In this document: piece by piece, positions 1 to 8,391 of the stretch
How positions within the stretch are numbered: position 1 is the stretch's first letter
Layout: every line of letters starts with the position of its first letter
Assembly (NCBI GenBank): GCA_002254545.1
Contig: NJEA01000002.1
Span: 1-38,185, forward strand
Length of the DNA stretch: 38,185 bases
Reading direction: 5' to 3'
Source: Candidatus Aenigmarchaeota archaeon ex4484_224
Lineage (GTDB): Archaea; Aenigmatarchaeota; Aenigmatarchaeia; CG10238-14; EX4484-224
The notes under the pieces: model-generated
What the model was told of the DNA's origin: nothing
Database searches by the model: none
What the model saw: only the letters and a program-made list of their open reading frames with translations
Translations under genes and position numbers: made by a program

Positions 1-431
1 TTTTCAACACCCGCAGGAATTTTTGCTTTTGCAAAATCGCTAATAGCTGGTCCAGCAGGAATTTTTGTTGGTCCAGCAGGAATTATTATATCGTCCTCAG
101 CTATATCTCCTTCTCTTCCAAACCTAAAAGTTTCTATACTCATTAATTTTTTAAAAGCCAAAAAAGGATCTCCCTTTCCAAAAGCTAACATTATTTGATT
201 TGGCAAAATTTCTTTTATTTTTTCAATTCCTTCTCTATCACTTTTTTCCAAAGCTTTTAAAAGCAAAGATTTTTTCACAAACTTAAACTCAAAATCATCC
301 ATCAATTTTTTCTTAATTTCTTTGAATTCTCTTGTTGGCATTCTTTCCATATCTATAACTGCAATTAATTCATTCTTCTCTAACATTTCTCTTATTTTTT
401 CAGCTTCTCTTATCTTCCATTCCTTTACCAT
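1..431 (-). CDS. rplP0: 50S ribosomal protein L10/P0, N-terminal part; the gene runs off the left window edge
   Basis: My minus-strand translation from ATG at 431-429 gives MVKEWKIREAEKIREMLEKNELIAVIDMERMPTREFKEIKKKL...IPAGPTKIPAGPAISDF. This matches the archaeal P0 N-terminus and its PAGP motifs. The start overlaps the L1 stop as TAATG. Canonical order L11-L1-P0. Not in the ORF track because it is open at the edge. Confidence 0.8.
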   Translation of the reverse strand, partial: MVKEWKIREAEKIREMLEKNELIAVIDMERMPTREFKEIKKKLMDDFEFKFVKKSLLLKALEKSDREGIEKIKEILPNQIMLAFGKGDPFLAFKKLMSIETFRFGREGDIAEDDIIIPAGPTKIPAGPAISDFAKAKIPAGVE

Positions 432-1054
432 TAGATCACCTTAACTTTAACGGGTTTGCTCATAGTAAACTTAATTAACACATTTTTAATGTTAGCCCTT
501 TCTTTTGGCAATTTAGATATAACAAATTTCAAAACTTCTTCTATATTTCTAGCGATTTTCTCATCTTCCATATTCTCTTTACCAACTAAACATTGAATTA
601 CAGGGGCATTTTTCATTCTAATATTTATACTTTTCTTATAGGCATCTACCATTTTTTGAGGATCCCCTCTTATAGGTCTTGGCATTTTTCCTCTAGGAGC
701 AAAATATTTTCCAAAATATTTTCCAATTAATGGCATAAGTTGAGGCTCAGCTAAGAAAAAATCATATTTTTTAGCCAGTTTTTTAATTTCTCTTTTATTT
801 TTAGCTATTTCTTCAATATCCTTACTTGTATAGATATCTACTCCTTTCAAATTCCTAAAAGTATCAGTAAAAACAGCAATTTTTGCATCCTCTCCTCTTC
901 CAAAAGGTAAAATTAAATCTTCGTTTATTCTATTTTCTGGTCTTTTAACATCAATTCCCTTTAAGTTAATTATTAAATCTACACTTTGGACAAAATTTCT
1001 CTTCTTAGAATTTTTTCTTAGCTCTTCTAATGCTTTTAAAATTTCTTCTCTCAT
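431..1054 (-). CDS. rpl1: 50S ribosomal protein L1
   Basis: 207 aa. NFVQSVDLIINLKGIDVKRPENRI, LPFGRGEDAKIAV and APRGKMPRPI match archaeal L1 along the full length. Lies between L11 and P0. Confidence 0.93.
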   Translation of the reverse strand: MREEILKALEELRKNSKKRNFVQSVDLIINLKGIDVKRPENRINEDLILPFGRGEDAKIAVFTDTFRNLKGVDIYTSKDIEEIAKNKREIKKLAKKYDFFLAEPQLMPLIGKYFGKYFAPRGKMPRPIRGDPQKMVDAYKKSINIRMKNAPVIQCLVGKENMEDEKIARNIEEVLKFVISKLPKERANIKNVLIKFTMSKPVKVKVI

Positions 1055-1060
1055 TAAAAA

Positions 1061-1087
1061 CCCTCCTGCCGAAGCAGTGCTCGGGTT
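1061..1087 (-). promoter_or_regulatory. GC-rich stem-loop in the L1 5' leader; candidate L1 autoregulatory site that includes the SD
   Basis: Minus-strand RNA reads AACCC-GAGCA-CUGC-UUCG-GCAG-GA-GGGUU. This gives an outer 5-bp stem, an asymmetric internal loop and an inner 4-bp stem capped by a UUCG tetraloop. It ends 4-6 nt before the L1 ATG (1054), and GGAGGG doubles as the SD. It is the only GC-rich patch in this intergenic spacer. Confidence 0.45.
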
Positions 1088-1101
1088 AATCTAAATTTAT
1101 T

Positions 1102-1590
1102 TCAAACATTTAAAAAGCTATCCCATTTCCCTTCATCAATTTCTTTCAAAATTTCTTTAGGATTTTTACCTTCAATAGTTATTGGCATAGATAAGCAAGC
1201 ACTAACAATTTGTTTAACAACTTTCTTAAAATCTTTAGCAAAAATTTCATGCCTTTTAATTTTTGCAATTTTTACAACTTGTTCAAATTTAAGATCTCCA
1301 ACACTTGTAATTCCTTTTGCTTTATCTTCTTCACTAATTTTCAACTTTTCCACTTTCAATTCTTTCTTCACTAATTCTCCAACACTTGGAGTTTCAATTA
1401 AAATATTATATCCATTTTCACTTACCATAATTCTAATTTCAACTTCAACATCATCCAAATCTTTAACCGTTTCTTTTAATTCTTTCAAAATTTCATCAAT
1501 ATTTACATTTTTAATTTTCAAGTCTTCAATTTTCTTTCTAATTTGATTTTCATCAATTTTACTCGCAATAAAATTAAACCTCACTTCCAT
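1102..1590 (-). CDS. rpl11: 50S ribosomal protein L11 with a divergent N-terminal domain
   Basis: 162 aa. The C-terminal domain is canonical (VGDLKFEQVVKIAKIK...ACLSMPITIEGKNPKEILKEIDEGKW). It is collinear with Methanocaldococcus L11 as I recall it. The start overlaps the Spt5 stop (TAATG). Confidence 0.85.
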   Translation of the reverse strand: MEVRFNFIASKIDENQIRKKIEDLKIKNVNIDEILKELKETVKDLDDVEVEIRIMVSENGYNILIETPSVGELVKKELKVEKLKISEEDKAKGITSVGDLKFEQVVKIAKIKRHEIFAKDFKKVVKQIVSACLSMPITIEGKNPKEILKEIDEGKWDSFLNV

Positions 1591-2033
1591 TATTCTCCCT
1601 TTTTCTCAATTACTCTTACTAAATCAGCTGCTACAGTTATAGGAATTGGAACTGTAGCTTCTAACAATTCAATAGTAACTTCTCTTTTTGCTTTATCATA
1701 TCTTTTAACTTTTCCTCTTTCACCTTTAAAAGGACCACCTATAACTTCAACCAAATCTCCAACATTAAGCTCGATTTCAACTTTCTTTGGAATTAAAAAT
1801 TTCTTAATTTCTTCTACACTTATTGGTTTTCTTATAATTCCTCTAACATTAGGCATGTTAGCTACAGCTTTTTCGATTTCATCAATTTCTCCTTCAATAA
1901 ATATATATCCTTTTAATTCTTCTGGATGAACGATTGCTTTAATATCTAAATTTTCCTCAATAACCCTACCTTTAATTCCTTTCATTGTTACTCTTTCTCT
2001 TCCAACAATCGTTTTAATTGCATAGATTGGCAT
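1590..2033 (-). CDS. spt5: Transcription elongation factor Spt5 (archaeal NusG)
   Basis: 147 aa. NGN domain (YAIKTIVGRE...GYIFIE) plus KOW motif (GDLVEVIGGPFKGERGKV). Position between secE and L11. Confidence 0.92.
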   Translation of the reverse strand: MPIYAIKTIVGRERVTMKGIKGRVIEENLDIKAIVHPEELKGYIFIEGEIDEIEKAVANMPNVRGIIRKPISVEEIKKFLIPKKVEIELNVGDLVEVIGGPFKGERGKVKRYDKAKREVTIELLEATVPIPITVAADLVRVIEKKGE

Positions 2034-2042
2034 TTTTTCACT

Positions 2043-2231
2043 TTACAAAAATAATGCTGAAATTAAATATAAAATAAATCCTATTAAACCAACTGCAAAC
2101 ATTCCTATGGCACATATCTTTGATATAAAAACAAAATCTTCATAGCTAGGTTTTTTAGCTAATCTTAAAACTCTTATATAGCTTTTGATAGTTTCTTTTA
2201 GATTTAGCTTAAAGAATTTCATTAAATTCAC
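2043..2231 (-). CDS. secE: Preprotein translocase subunit SecE/Sec61-gamma
   Basis: 62 aa, with a single C-terminal TM (ICAIGMFAVGLIGFILYLI) after a basic amphipathic N-terminus. Conserved position upstream of spt5. Confidence 0.85.
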   Translation of the reverse strand: MNLMKFFKLNLKETIKSYIRVLRLAKKPSYEDFVFISKICAIGMFAVGLIGFILYLISALFL

Positions 2232-2232
2232 C

Positions 2233-3330
2233 TTATTCTATAAATTCTACTCCTAAGATTTTCTCGATTTGCTTTTTTTCCTCTTCTCCCCATTTCTTTT
2301 CAGGACCAAAAATTTGTGGAGATTTAACTCCAGTAACTACAACTAGCGTTCTAACAGTTTCTCCCAAGCTTCTGTCTACTTGAGCACCCCAAATTATTTT
2401 AGCATCTGGAGATAGCCTATTTGAAATCGTTTCAACTATTTGCTGAGCTTCTCTTACAGTTAGATCAGGACCACCAGTTATATTGATCAAAGCTCCCTTT
2501 CCATCGGTTATATCAACATCTAGCAAAGGATTGCTCAAAGCTTTTTCTACGCTTTCGAAAGCTCTATTTTCACTATCGCTCTCTCCCATTCCAATCATTG
2601 CTAATCCTCCTTCATTCATTACTGCTCTTACATCAGCAAAATCTAAATTAACTAATCCTGGTTTTGTAACCATTTCGGCAATTCCTTTTACAGCATTAAC
2701 TAACAATTCATCTGCAATTTTAAATGCTGTAGTAATAGAAACATCAGGAACGATTTCCAAAAGCTTATCATTTGGAATAACTATCAAAGTATCAACAACA
2801 TCTTCTAGCAGCTCTAATCCCCATCTTGCATTTTCCATCCTTCTTCTTCCTTCCATAGAAAATGGTAAAGTAACAATAGCTACTGTTAATGCTCCTAACT
2901 TCTTAGAAACCTCACCAATAATTGGTAAACTTCCAGTTCCTGTACCCCCTCCTAAACCTGCAGTTAAAAATACCATATCTGCTCCTTGCAAAGCTTTTTT
3001 AATTTCATCTTTACTTTCTTTGGCAGCTTCCATTCCAATCTTTGGATCGCTTCCAGCTCCTAGACCGGCTGTAAGCTCTCTTCCAATCAAAATTTTTCTA
3101 TCAGCATCTGTATAAAGCAAATCCATAGCATCGGTATTAACAGCAATTGTTTCTGCACCAACAATACCAACTTGCATTAATCTTGTTATTGTATTGTTTC
3201 CAGCTCCTCCAGCACCAACTACTTTTATTTGCGTTTTCCTTTTTTCGAGTAATTCTCTTAATTCTTCGTCCACTTCTTTAGTTTTAGAAGATTCAACAGC
3301 AGTTTTCTTAACTAGATGCTTAAGTCCCAT
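2233..3330 (-). CDS. ftsZ: Cell division GTPase FtsZ
   Basis: 365 aa. GAGGAGNNTI plus the tubulin signature GLGGGTGTGSLP and NLDFADV. Confidence 0.95.
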   Translation of the reverse strand: MGLKHLVKKTAVESSKTKEVDEELRELLEKRKTQIKVVGAGGAGNNTITRLMQVGIVGAETIAVNTDAMDLLYTDADRKILIGRELTAGLGAGSDPKIGMEAAKESKDEIKKALQGADMVFLTAGLGGGTGTGSLPIIGEVSKKLGALTVAIVTLPFSMEGRRRMENARWGLELLEDVVDTLIVIPNDKLLEIVPDVSITTAFKIADELLVNAVKGIAEMVTKPGLVNLDFADVRAVMNEGGLAMIGMGESDSENRAFESVEKALSNPLLDVDITDGKGALINITGGPDLTVREAQQIVETISNRLSPDAKIIWGAQVDRSLGETVRTLVVVTGVKSPQIFGPEKKWGEEEKKQIEKILGVEFIE

Positions 3331-3394
3331 GTTTTACCCATATATTTTTTCATTAATAATCGATATATAGATTTTGAAAATCCATTTTTTAATT

Positions 3395-4183
3395 TTATTG
3401 GTTTATTTTTATTTCTCTTAAAATTTTCTCAAGTCTCTCTAACTCTTTTTGTGTATTTACAGGATACCAAATTCCATGAGGTATTATCATTGAATACATT
3501 TTCCCTCTTCTTGCGATTTCAGGCCAAATAACTTTTTCCAATTCTACGGCATTTTCTGCATTCATATCTATCAATTTATCTACCAAATCAAAAACTTCAG
3601 GCTCGATTATGGATAAACCAGTATTTGTATATTTTGTAATGAAAGGTTTTTCTTCAAATTTCCTAACTATTCCACTTTCATTTAATTCAGCAACACCAAA
3701 TGGATATTCTGTTCCAGTTGTTAGAACTACAGTAGCTTCTATGTCAAATATTCTTTTTCCTTCTATATGATGAAGTAAAACTCTTATGAACAATGATTTA
3801 TCTAAGAAGAAATCATCAGGATATACTATTAAAGCTCTTTTCTTTTTATCAACTATGCCATTTTCTAAAGCATACTTAAGAGCTTTTCCTTTTCCAACTT
3901 TAATTCCTTCTGGATCTATTGAATATTTTGCATTTATTCCATATTTTTCAAAATTATTTGTATATTTCAAAATTTTTTCATGCAAATGACCAATTAAAAA
4001 AACAAAATTATAAAATCCATTCTCTTTCAATCTTTCGACACAATAATCTAGCAATGTTTTTCCACCAACTTTAACTAAAGGCTTAGGAATATCACTTCTT
4101 CCCATTCTCTTTCCAGCACCCCCAGCAAAAACAATTACTTGTGTATTATATGTCTCTTTGTCTAATCTATCTATCAAATTCAT
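3395..4183 (-). CDS. Sugar-1-phosphate nucleotidylyltransferase (NTP_transferase family); substrate unknown
   Basis: 262 aa. N-terminal FAGGAGKRMG...PKPLVKVGGK signature of RmlA/GlmU-like nucleotidyltransferases. Confidence 0.8.
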   Translation of the reverse strand: MNLIDRLDKETYNTQVIVFAGGAGKRMGRSDIPKPLVKVGGKTLLDYCVERLKENGFYNFVFLIGHLHEKILKYTNNFEKYGINAKYSIDPEGIKVGKGKALKYALENGIVDKKKRALIVYPDDFFLDKSLFIRVLLHHIEGKRIFDIEATVVLTTGTEYPFGVAELNESGIVRKFEEKPFITKYTNTGLSIIEPEVFDLVDKLIDMNAENAVELEKVIWPEIARRGKMYSMIIPHGIWYPVNTQKELERLEKILREIKINQ

Positions 4184-5070
4184 TTTCTAACCTTTATATC
4201 AATTCTTACTTTCCATTTTCTTGGAGCATATAAGCTTATTTTTCTTCTTTCAACAATTTCAAATTTAACATTTAAATTCTTAGCTATCTTTTCAATTCTT
4301 TCTTCAATATCCTTAAATAAATTTTCTTCTTTGCTTATCCCATATAAATGAATAATGCCATCTTTCTTAAGCAATTTTATTGCAATTTCCAAATATTCCA
4401 AAGCTTTTAAAGGCAAAGGCATTATAATCCTATCAAATTTTTTTTCAATTTTTTTCCAAACATCTTCTACTTTTCCTTCAATCAAAACAACTTTTTCTGA
4501 AACTTTATTAATTTTAACATTTTCTTTAGCATATTCATTTGCAATTTTATTCAATTCGATACAATAAATTTTGTTATATTCATTTGCAATTTTATTCAAT
4601 TCGATACAATAAATTTTGTTAACTTTTGGTTGAAACTTTGCTATTGCAATAGCAAATGGTGCAACACCACTAAACATAACTAAAACATTTTCATTTTCTT
4701 TAACTTTCAAAGCAATTCTTTTTCTTTCTTCTCCTTCTTTTGCAGAAAAATAAACTTTTGTAGGATCAACTTTTATTAGATATCCATTTTCTTTGTGAAT
4801 AACCTCAGTATTTTCATTTCCATAAATTCTCTTAAACTTTCTAATTCTTTCTTCTCCAATTCTTTCGCTTAATTTTCTTAAAACAACGTTAACATTCTTG
4901 TGCAATTCAGCGATAGCTTTACCAATTTCTTTTTCAAATTCGTTCAAATTTTCATCAATTTCAACTATTGCAATGGCTTTTTCTCTAGACCCAATTATTT
5001 CGAAAGAAGAAGGTAAATATTTCCATTTTTCTTTTGGTATAATTTCTTTTAATTTATCCTTTAATCTCAT
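4180..5070 (-). CDS. trm5: tRNA (guanine37-N1)-methyltransferase, Trm5/Taw22 (Met-10+) family, carrying an in-frame 15-aa tandem duplication
   Basis: LPSSFEIIGSREKAIAIVEI, then the SAM-fold motif VLVMFSGVAPFAIAIAK...IYCIELN. I place the start at ATG 5070 (MRLKDKLKEI). The ORF-track start at 5145 would overlap the divergent phosphatase gene. Confidence 0.8.
   Translation of the reverse strand: MRLKDKLKEIIPKEKWKYLPSSFEIIGSREKAIAIVEIDENLNEFEKEIGKAIAELHKNVNVVLRKLSERIGEERIRKFKRIYGNENTEVIHKENGYLIKVDPTKVYFSAKEGEERKRIALKVKENENVLVMFSGVAPFAIAIAKFQPKVNKIYCIELNKIANEYNKIYCIELNKIANEYAKENVKINKVSEKVVLIEGKVEDVWKKIEKKFDRIIMPLPLKALEYLEIAIKLLKKDGIIHLYGISKEENLFKDIEERIEKIAKNLNVKFEIVERRKISLYAPRKWKVRIDIKVRK
4531..4620. 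repeat. Perfect 2 x 45-bp direct tandem repeat inside trm5
   Basis: Positions 4531-4575 and 4576-4620 are identical (atattcatttgcaattttattcaattcgatacaataaattttgtt). Each copy encodes NKIYCIELNKIANEY. Confidence 0.97.
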
Positions 5071-5078
5071 AATTTTAT

Positions 5079-5861
5079 TTGATGATAAATTTGGATAAAT
5101 TTTTTGATTTGCTGGAAAATGTCTTAAAAATAAAGCAAAAACCATTGGAATTTTTAGAATTTGAAAGCGTTTATGTTATTGGGGATATCCATGGAGATTT
5201 TCAAACTTTTTCAAAAATTCTTTCAAAAATTGATTTGAAAAATTCAGCTTTAATTTTTTTAGGAGATTATGGAGATAGAGGAAATGAACAAATAGAAGTA
5301 TATCAAAAAATTTTTGAATTAAAATTAAATTTTGAAGAAAGAGTTTTTCTTTTAAGAGGAAATCATGAGTTTGTTGATGAGGTAGATGTATATCCACATG
5401 ATCTTCCATTTCATCTCTCTTCTTATTTTGGAGAAAACTATGAAGAAATTTATTTTAAAATAAGAAAATTTTGGGAAAATCTTTCTTTTTCAATAATTTT
5501 GAATGAAAAATTCTTTTTAGTTCATGGTGGAATTCCCGTTGAAAAAATTTCTATAGATTTACTTGAAAATCCAATTTTTAGAATTAAAGCTCAATTAGTT
5601 TGGAACGATCCTTTTGAAGGGTTTGGCTATTTAAATTCTCCTAGAGGAATGGGATATCTTTTTGGAATAGATATAACAGAAAGTTTTCTTTCTCAATTCA
5701 ATTTAGAGAAAATTATAAGAGGGCATGAAGTCTGCAATGGATTTAAAGAAAATCATAAGGGAAAAGTTTTAACAGTTTTCTCAAGCAAATTTCCATACAA
5801 TTTACAAAAAGTTGGATTTCTTGAAATTTTAAAAGAGAAGTTAATTAAAAGGTATATATGA
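5079..5861 (+). CDS. PPP-family Ser/Thr protein phosphatase / metallophosphoesterase
   Basis: GDIHGD, GDYGDRG, RGNHE and VHGG motifs in canonical order. The true start is probably ATG 5082 (5079 is TTG). Confidence 0.85.
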   Translation: MMINLDKFFDLLENVLKIKQKPLEFLEFESVYVIGDIHGDFQTFSKILSKIDLKNSALIFLGDYGDRGNEQIEVYQKIFELKLNFEERVFLLRGNHEFVDEVDVYPHDLPFHLSSYFGENYEEIYFKIRKFWENLSFSIILNEKFFLVHGGIPVEKISIDLLENPIFRIKAQLVWNDPFEGFGYLNSPRGMGYLFGIDITESFLSQFNLEKIIRGHEVCNGFKENHKGKVLTVFSSKFPYNLQKVGFLEILKEKLIKRYI

Positions 5862-6619
5862 TTGTTTTGGTTGGTTTAGGTTTGTATGATGAAAGGGATG
5901 TATCCCTTAAAGGCTTGGAAGAAATAAAATCTTCAGATAAAGTTTATTGCGAACTTTATACTAGTTTTTGGAATGGAAGTCTTGAAAATCTTGAGAAATT
6001 AGCAAATAAAAAAATTATTTTGGTTAAAAGAAAAGATTTGGAAGATAGTTTAGAAAAAATAGTTGAAGAAGCTAAAGATAAAAAAATTTCAATTTTAGTT
6101 CCTGGAGACCCCTTAGTTGCAACAACTCATTCTTCGATAATTCAGGAAGCAAGAAAAAGAAAAATTAAAACAAAAATAATTCATTCATCTTCCATAGTTT
6201 CAGCTATAGCTGAAACTGGCTTACATATATACAAATTTGGGAAAGTTGTTAGCATTCCTTTTTTAGAAAAAGTTTCAGAGTTGCCAAAATCTGTTTATGA
6301 TTCAATTTTATCGAATAAGAAAAATAATTTGCATACTTTATGCCTTTTGGATATTGATTTTGAAAATAGGAGATATATGAGTGTTAAAGAAGCTTTGGAG
6401 ATTCTTTTAAAAATAAATGAAAAATATGGAGGAGAAATTTTGAATGAAGAGGAAAAAATATTAGTTGTTTGTAGGCTTGGAAGCGAAAATCCCAAAATTG
6501 TTTATGGTAAAATTAAAAATTTGATAAAAAAAGAATTTGGATATCCCTGTTCTTTAATTTTACTTTCACCTTTACATTTTTCAGAAAAAGAATTTATTGA
6601 GTTATTTGCTGAGGAGTAG
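5858..6619 (+). CDS. dph5: Diphthine synthase
   Basis: 253 aa. Tetrapyrrole-methylase fold with LVGLGLYDERDVSLKGLE...VYCELYTS and VPGDPLVATTH. ATGA overlap with the upstream gene. Confidence 0.9.
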   Translation: MIVLVGLGLYDERDVSLKGLEEIKSSDKVYCELYTSFWNGSLENLEKLANKKIILVKRKDLEDSLEKIVEEAKDKKISILVPGDPLVATTHSSIIQEARKRKIKTKIIHSSSIVSAIAETGLHIYKFGKVVSIPFLEKVSELPKSVYDSILSNKKNNLHTLCLLDIDFENRRYMSVKEALEILLKINEKYGGEILNEEEKILVVCRLGSENPKIVYGKIKNLIKKEFGYPCSLILLSPLHFSEKEFIELFAEE

Positions 6620-7151
6620 ATTTAGATGGCCAAAAAGCAATAGCCATAAGGACAATAATAATGATTATAACTGCTATTAATCCTTGAATATCTTCCCAAC
6701 TTGCTCCAGGAACAGGACCAAAAATAGTTGGAATTAATCCCGATGAAATCAAAATACCAAAACCTATTAGCAAGCCAATTCCTAAAATTCCACCCCAAAA
6801 AGTCTTTCCCATTTTAACTTCTAAATATTCTCCAACACCTTTTGATAAAAACATCCCTAAAATCATTAATCCAATTGAAATTGTTAAAATAGAAATTGTT
6901 CCATAAAAGAAAAACATTGAAAGTTGAGTTTCAATGTTTACTCCAGCTAATATAGGATATGCCCAAACCATAAAAGCTGCAACTAAAGCAACGGTTGCAT
7001 TTACAACCATATTTTTTTCAGGCTCGCCAAAAATTTTTGATTTTCTTAATAATCCATAAAAAATTGCTGCAGTTAACATAAATGGAAATAGAAATTGAAA
7101 TGCTCCAAAATTTTTCAAAGCAATAATTGCATTTTCCATTGGAGTAGCCAT
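6594..7151 (-). CDS. Polytopic membrane protein, unknown family (paralog of 7156-7674)
   Basis: 185 aa with about 5 hydrophobic segments. Shares an N-terminal pattern (AI..L...G....L.PF.L..AI.Y.LL+K) and a C-terminal GP.PG...IIIIIVLMAI tail with its neighbour. Confidence 0.7.
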   Translation of the reverse strand: MATPMENAIIALKNFGAFQFLFPFMLTAAIFYGLLRKSKIFGEPEKNMVVNATVALVAAFMVWAYPILAGVNIETQLSMFFFYGTISILTISIGLMILGMFLSKGVGEYLEVKMGKTFWGGILGIGLLIGFGILISSGLIPTIFGPVPGASWEDIQGLIAVIIIIIVLMAIAFWPSKSTPQQITQ

Positions 7152-7155
7152 TTTC

Positions 7156-7674
7156 TCACTTTTGTGTAGCTGAAATTGCCATTAAAATAATAATTACAAT
7201 TATACTAGCAACGATAATTGAAACTGTTGTTGGATCAGGTCCTAGTCCAGGTGCTCCTAAAGGCGCTGTCCAAAAAACACTAATTAAACTTGAAGATATA
7301 GCTATAGCTAAAACTAAAGCAACTAGTGCAAATAAAGTTCTTCTACTTTTCATCGTTTCTGCCAAAAGTTTCATCAAATCTGGATAAAAAATGCTTGCTA
7401 AAAGGGATCCAAAAAAGAAAATTAGACCAAAAACAAAAATCTGCATAAAAAATCCAGTTAAAGGGGTAACAATGCTTAAACCATACAAAACTTTATAGGC
7501 TAAAAGAGAAAAACCAACTGACAAGGAAATTATTCCATCGATAATTCTACTTTTTGTAATATCAAATTTTTTAAGCAAAACATAAATGAAAGCTGTTCCT
7601 AAAATGAAAACTAGCAAATCATAGAATCCATAGCTTAAAAGTTCTCTAATCGCATATTCAATATAATTTACCAT
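7156..7674 (-). CDS. Polytopic membrane protein, unknown family (paralog of 6594-7151)
   Basis: 172 aa with the same architecture and conserved termini as the adjacent gene. The gap between them is 4 nt. Confidence 0.7.
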   Translation of the reverse strand: MVNYIEYAIRELLSYGFYDLLVFILGTAFIYVLLKKFDITKSRIIDGIISLSVGFSLLAYKVLYGLSIVTPLTGFFMQIFVFGLIFFFGSLLASIFYPDLMKLLAETMKSRRTLFALVALVLAIAISSSLISVFWTAPLGAPGLGPDPTTVSIIVASIIVIIILMAISATQK

Positions 7675-7723
7675 TTTTCTCTAAAATTAATTTCAAAATT
7701 AAAGAATTTATTTTTTGTAAAAT

Positions 7724-8353
7724 CTAAACTTTTAACTTATTAACTAAATCTGTTAAAGCTTTAACAGATTCTATTAAAGCTGGCAAGGCCTCTTTAAAAA
7801 CTCTTTCTAAGCTCTCAACTTTTGCTATCAATCTTCTTATATCTTCTTTCAATTCACTTATTCTATTTTCCAAATTAATTTTTTCATTTTCTTTTTCGGC
7901 TTCGATTTCTTTTAAAAGATTTGATATTGCTTCAATTTTTGCTTCAATTTCTTTGTATCTTAAGTTCATTTCTGAAATTTTTTTATTTATTTCAGAAACT
8001 CTATCCTCGATTAAAGTTTCGATATATGTGTCGTCTGGAGAAGATTTAGAAATTTCTCTATAATAGCTTTCTGGAACCGGTTCTTCAGGAATTTCAAAGT
8101 CTTCTTGTGGTTTTTTCAAATCTTCTATTGTTGGAAGTTCCTCTCTTCTTTCTTCTTTTCCAGCAACAACATCTCTAATTGCTTGAGACATAGCACTATC
8201 TATTTCAGCTTGAGAAAATCCTTCTTTTTTAAGAATATTAACAATTTCATTATCTGGAATTCCCTTAGAAGAAAGTTCTTTAACTCTTTCTATAGGTATA
8301 TAACCTCTTCCAATAGGCTCTTCAACTTTCTTTTTTTTCTTAAAGAAGAGCAT
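7724..8353 (-). CDS. Coiled-coil protein with a small helical N-terminal domain; function unknown
   Basis: 209 aa. N-terminus GYIPIERVKELSSKGIPDNEIVNILKKEGFSQAEIDSAM, then an acidic linker, then a heptad-rich C-terminal half (EINKKISEMNLRYKEIEAKIEAISNLLKEIEAEKE...). Confidence 0.65.
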   Translation of the reverse strand: MLFFKKKKKVEEPIGRGYIPIERVKELSSKGIPDNEIVNILKKEGFSQAEIDSAMSQAIRDVVAGKEERREELPTIEDLKKPQEDFEIPEEPVPESYYREISKSSPDDTYIETLIEDRVSEINKKISEMNLRYKEIEAKIEAISNLLKEIEAEKENEKINLENRISELKEDIRRLIAKVESLERVFKEALPALIESVKALTDLVNKLKV

Positions 8354-8391
8354 TTTCTCTTATTAATTTTTCTCTTATAAAGAAATAAAAA

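Noticed and set aside
1-90. Three near-identical copies of ccagcaggaatt.
   Set aside because: They fall in the P0 coding sequence and encode the repeated (I)PAG(P) motif typical of archaeal P0. This is not a non-coding repeat.
1543-3115. Long plus-strand ORFs (1543-1929, 2483-3115) antisense to spt5/L11 and ftsZ. Similar antisense ORFs occur at 3786-3989, 4355-4567, 4898-5098, 5176-5409, 6295-6495, 8105-8380, 15662-15904, 16851-17293, 19326-19517, 20736-20930, 21231-21416, 22710-22904, 24049-24351, 27357-27632, 31666-31899, 32394-32576, 32748-32933, 33311-33577, 35375-35644, 36453-36656 and 37917-38144.
   Set aside because: They are shadow ORFs opposite well-supported genes. Their translations are low-complexity (Ser/Phe/Ile/Leu-rich) with no motifs. 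Stop-poor antisense frames are expected in AT-rich coding DNA.
5071-5145. Apparent 67-bp head-to-head overlap of trm5 and the phosphatase gene.
   Set aside because: It is most simply an artefact of longest-ORF calling. The internal ATG at 5070 gives a Trm5-like N-terminus and removes the overlap, although it leaves only about 11 bp between the two starts.
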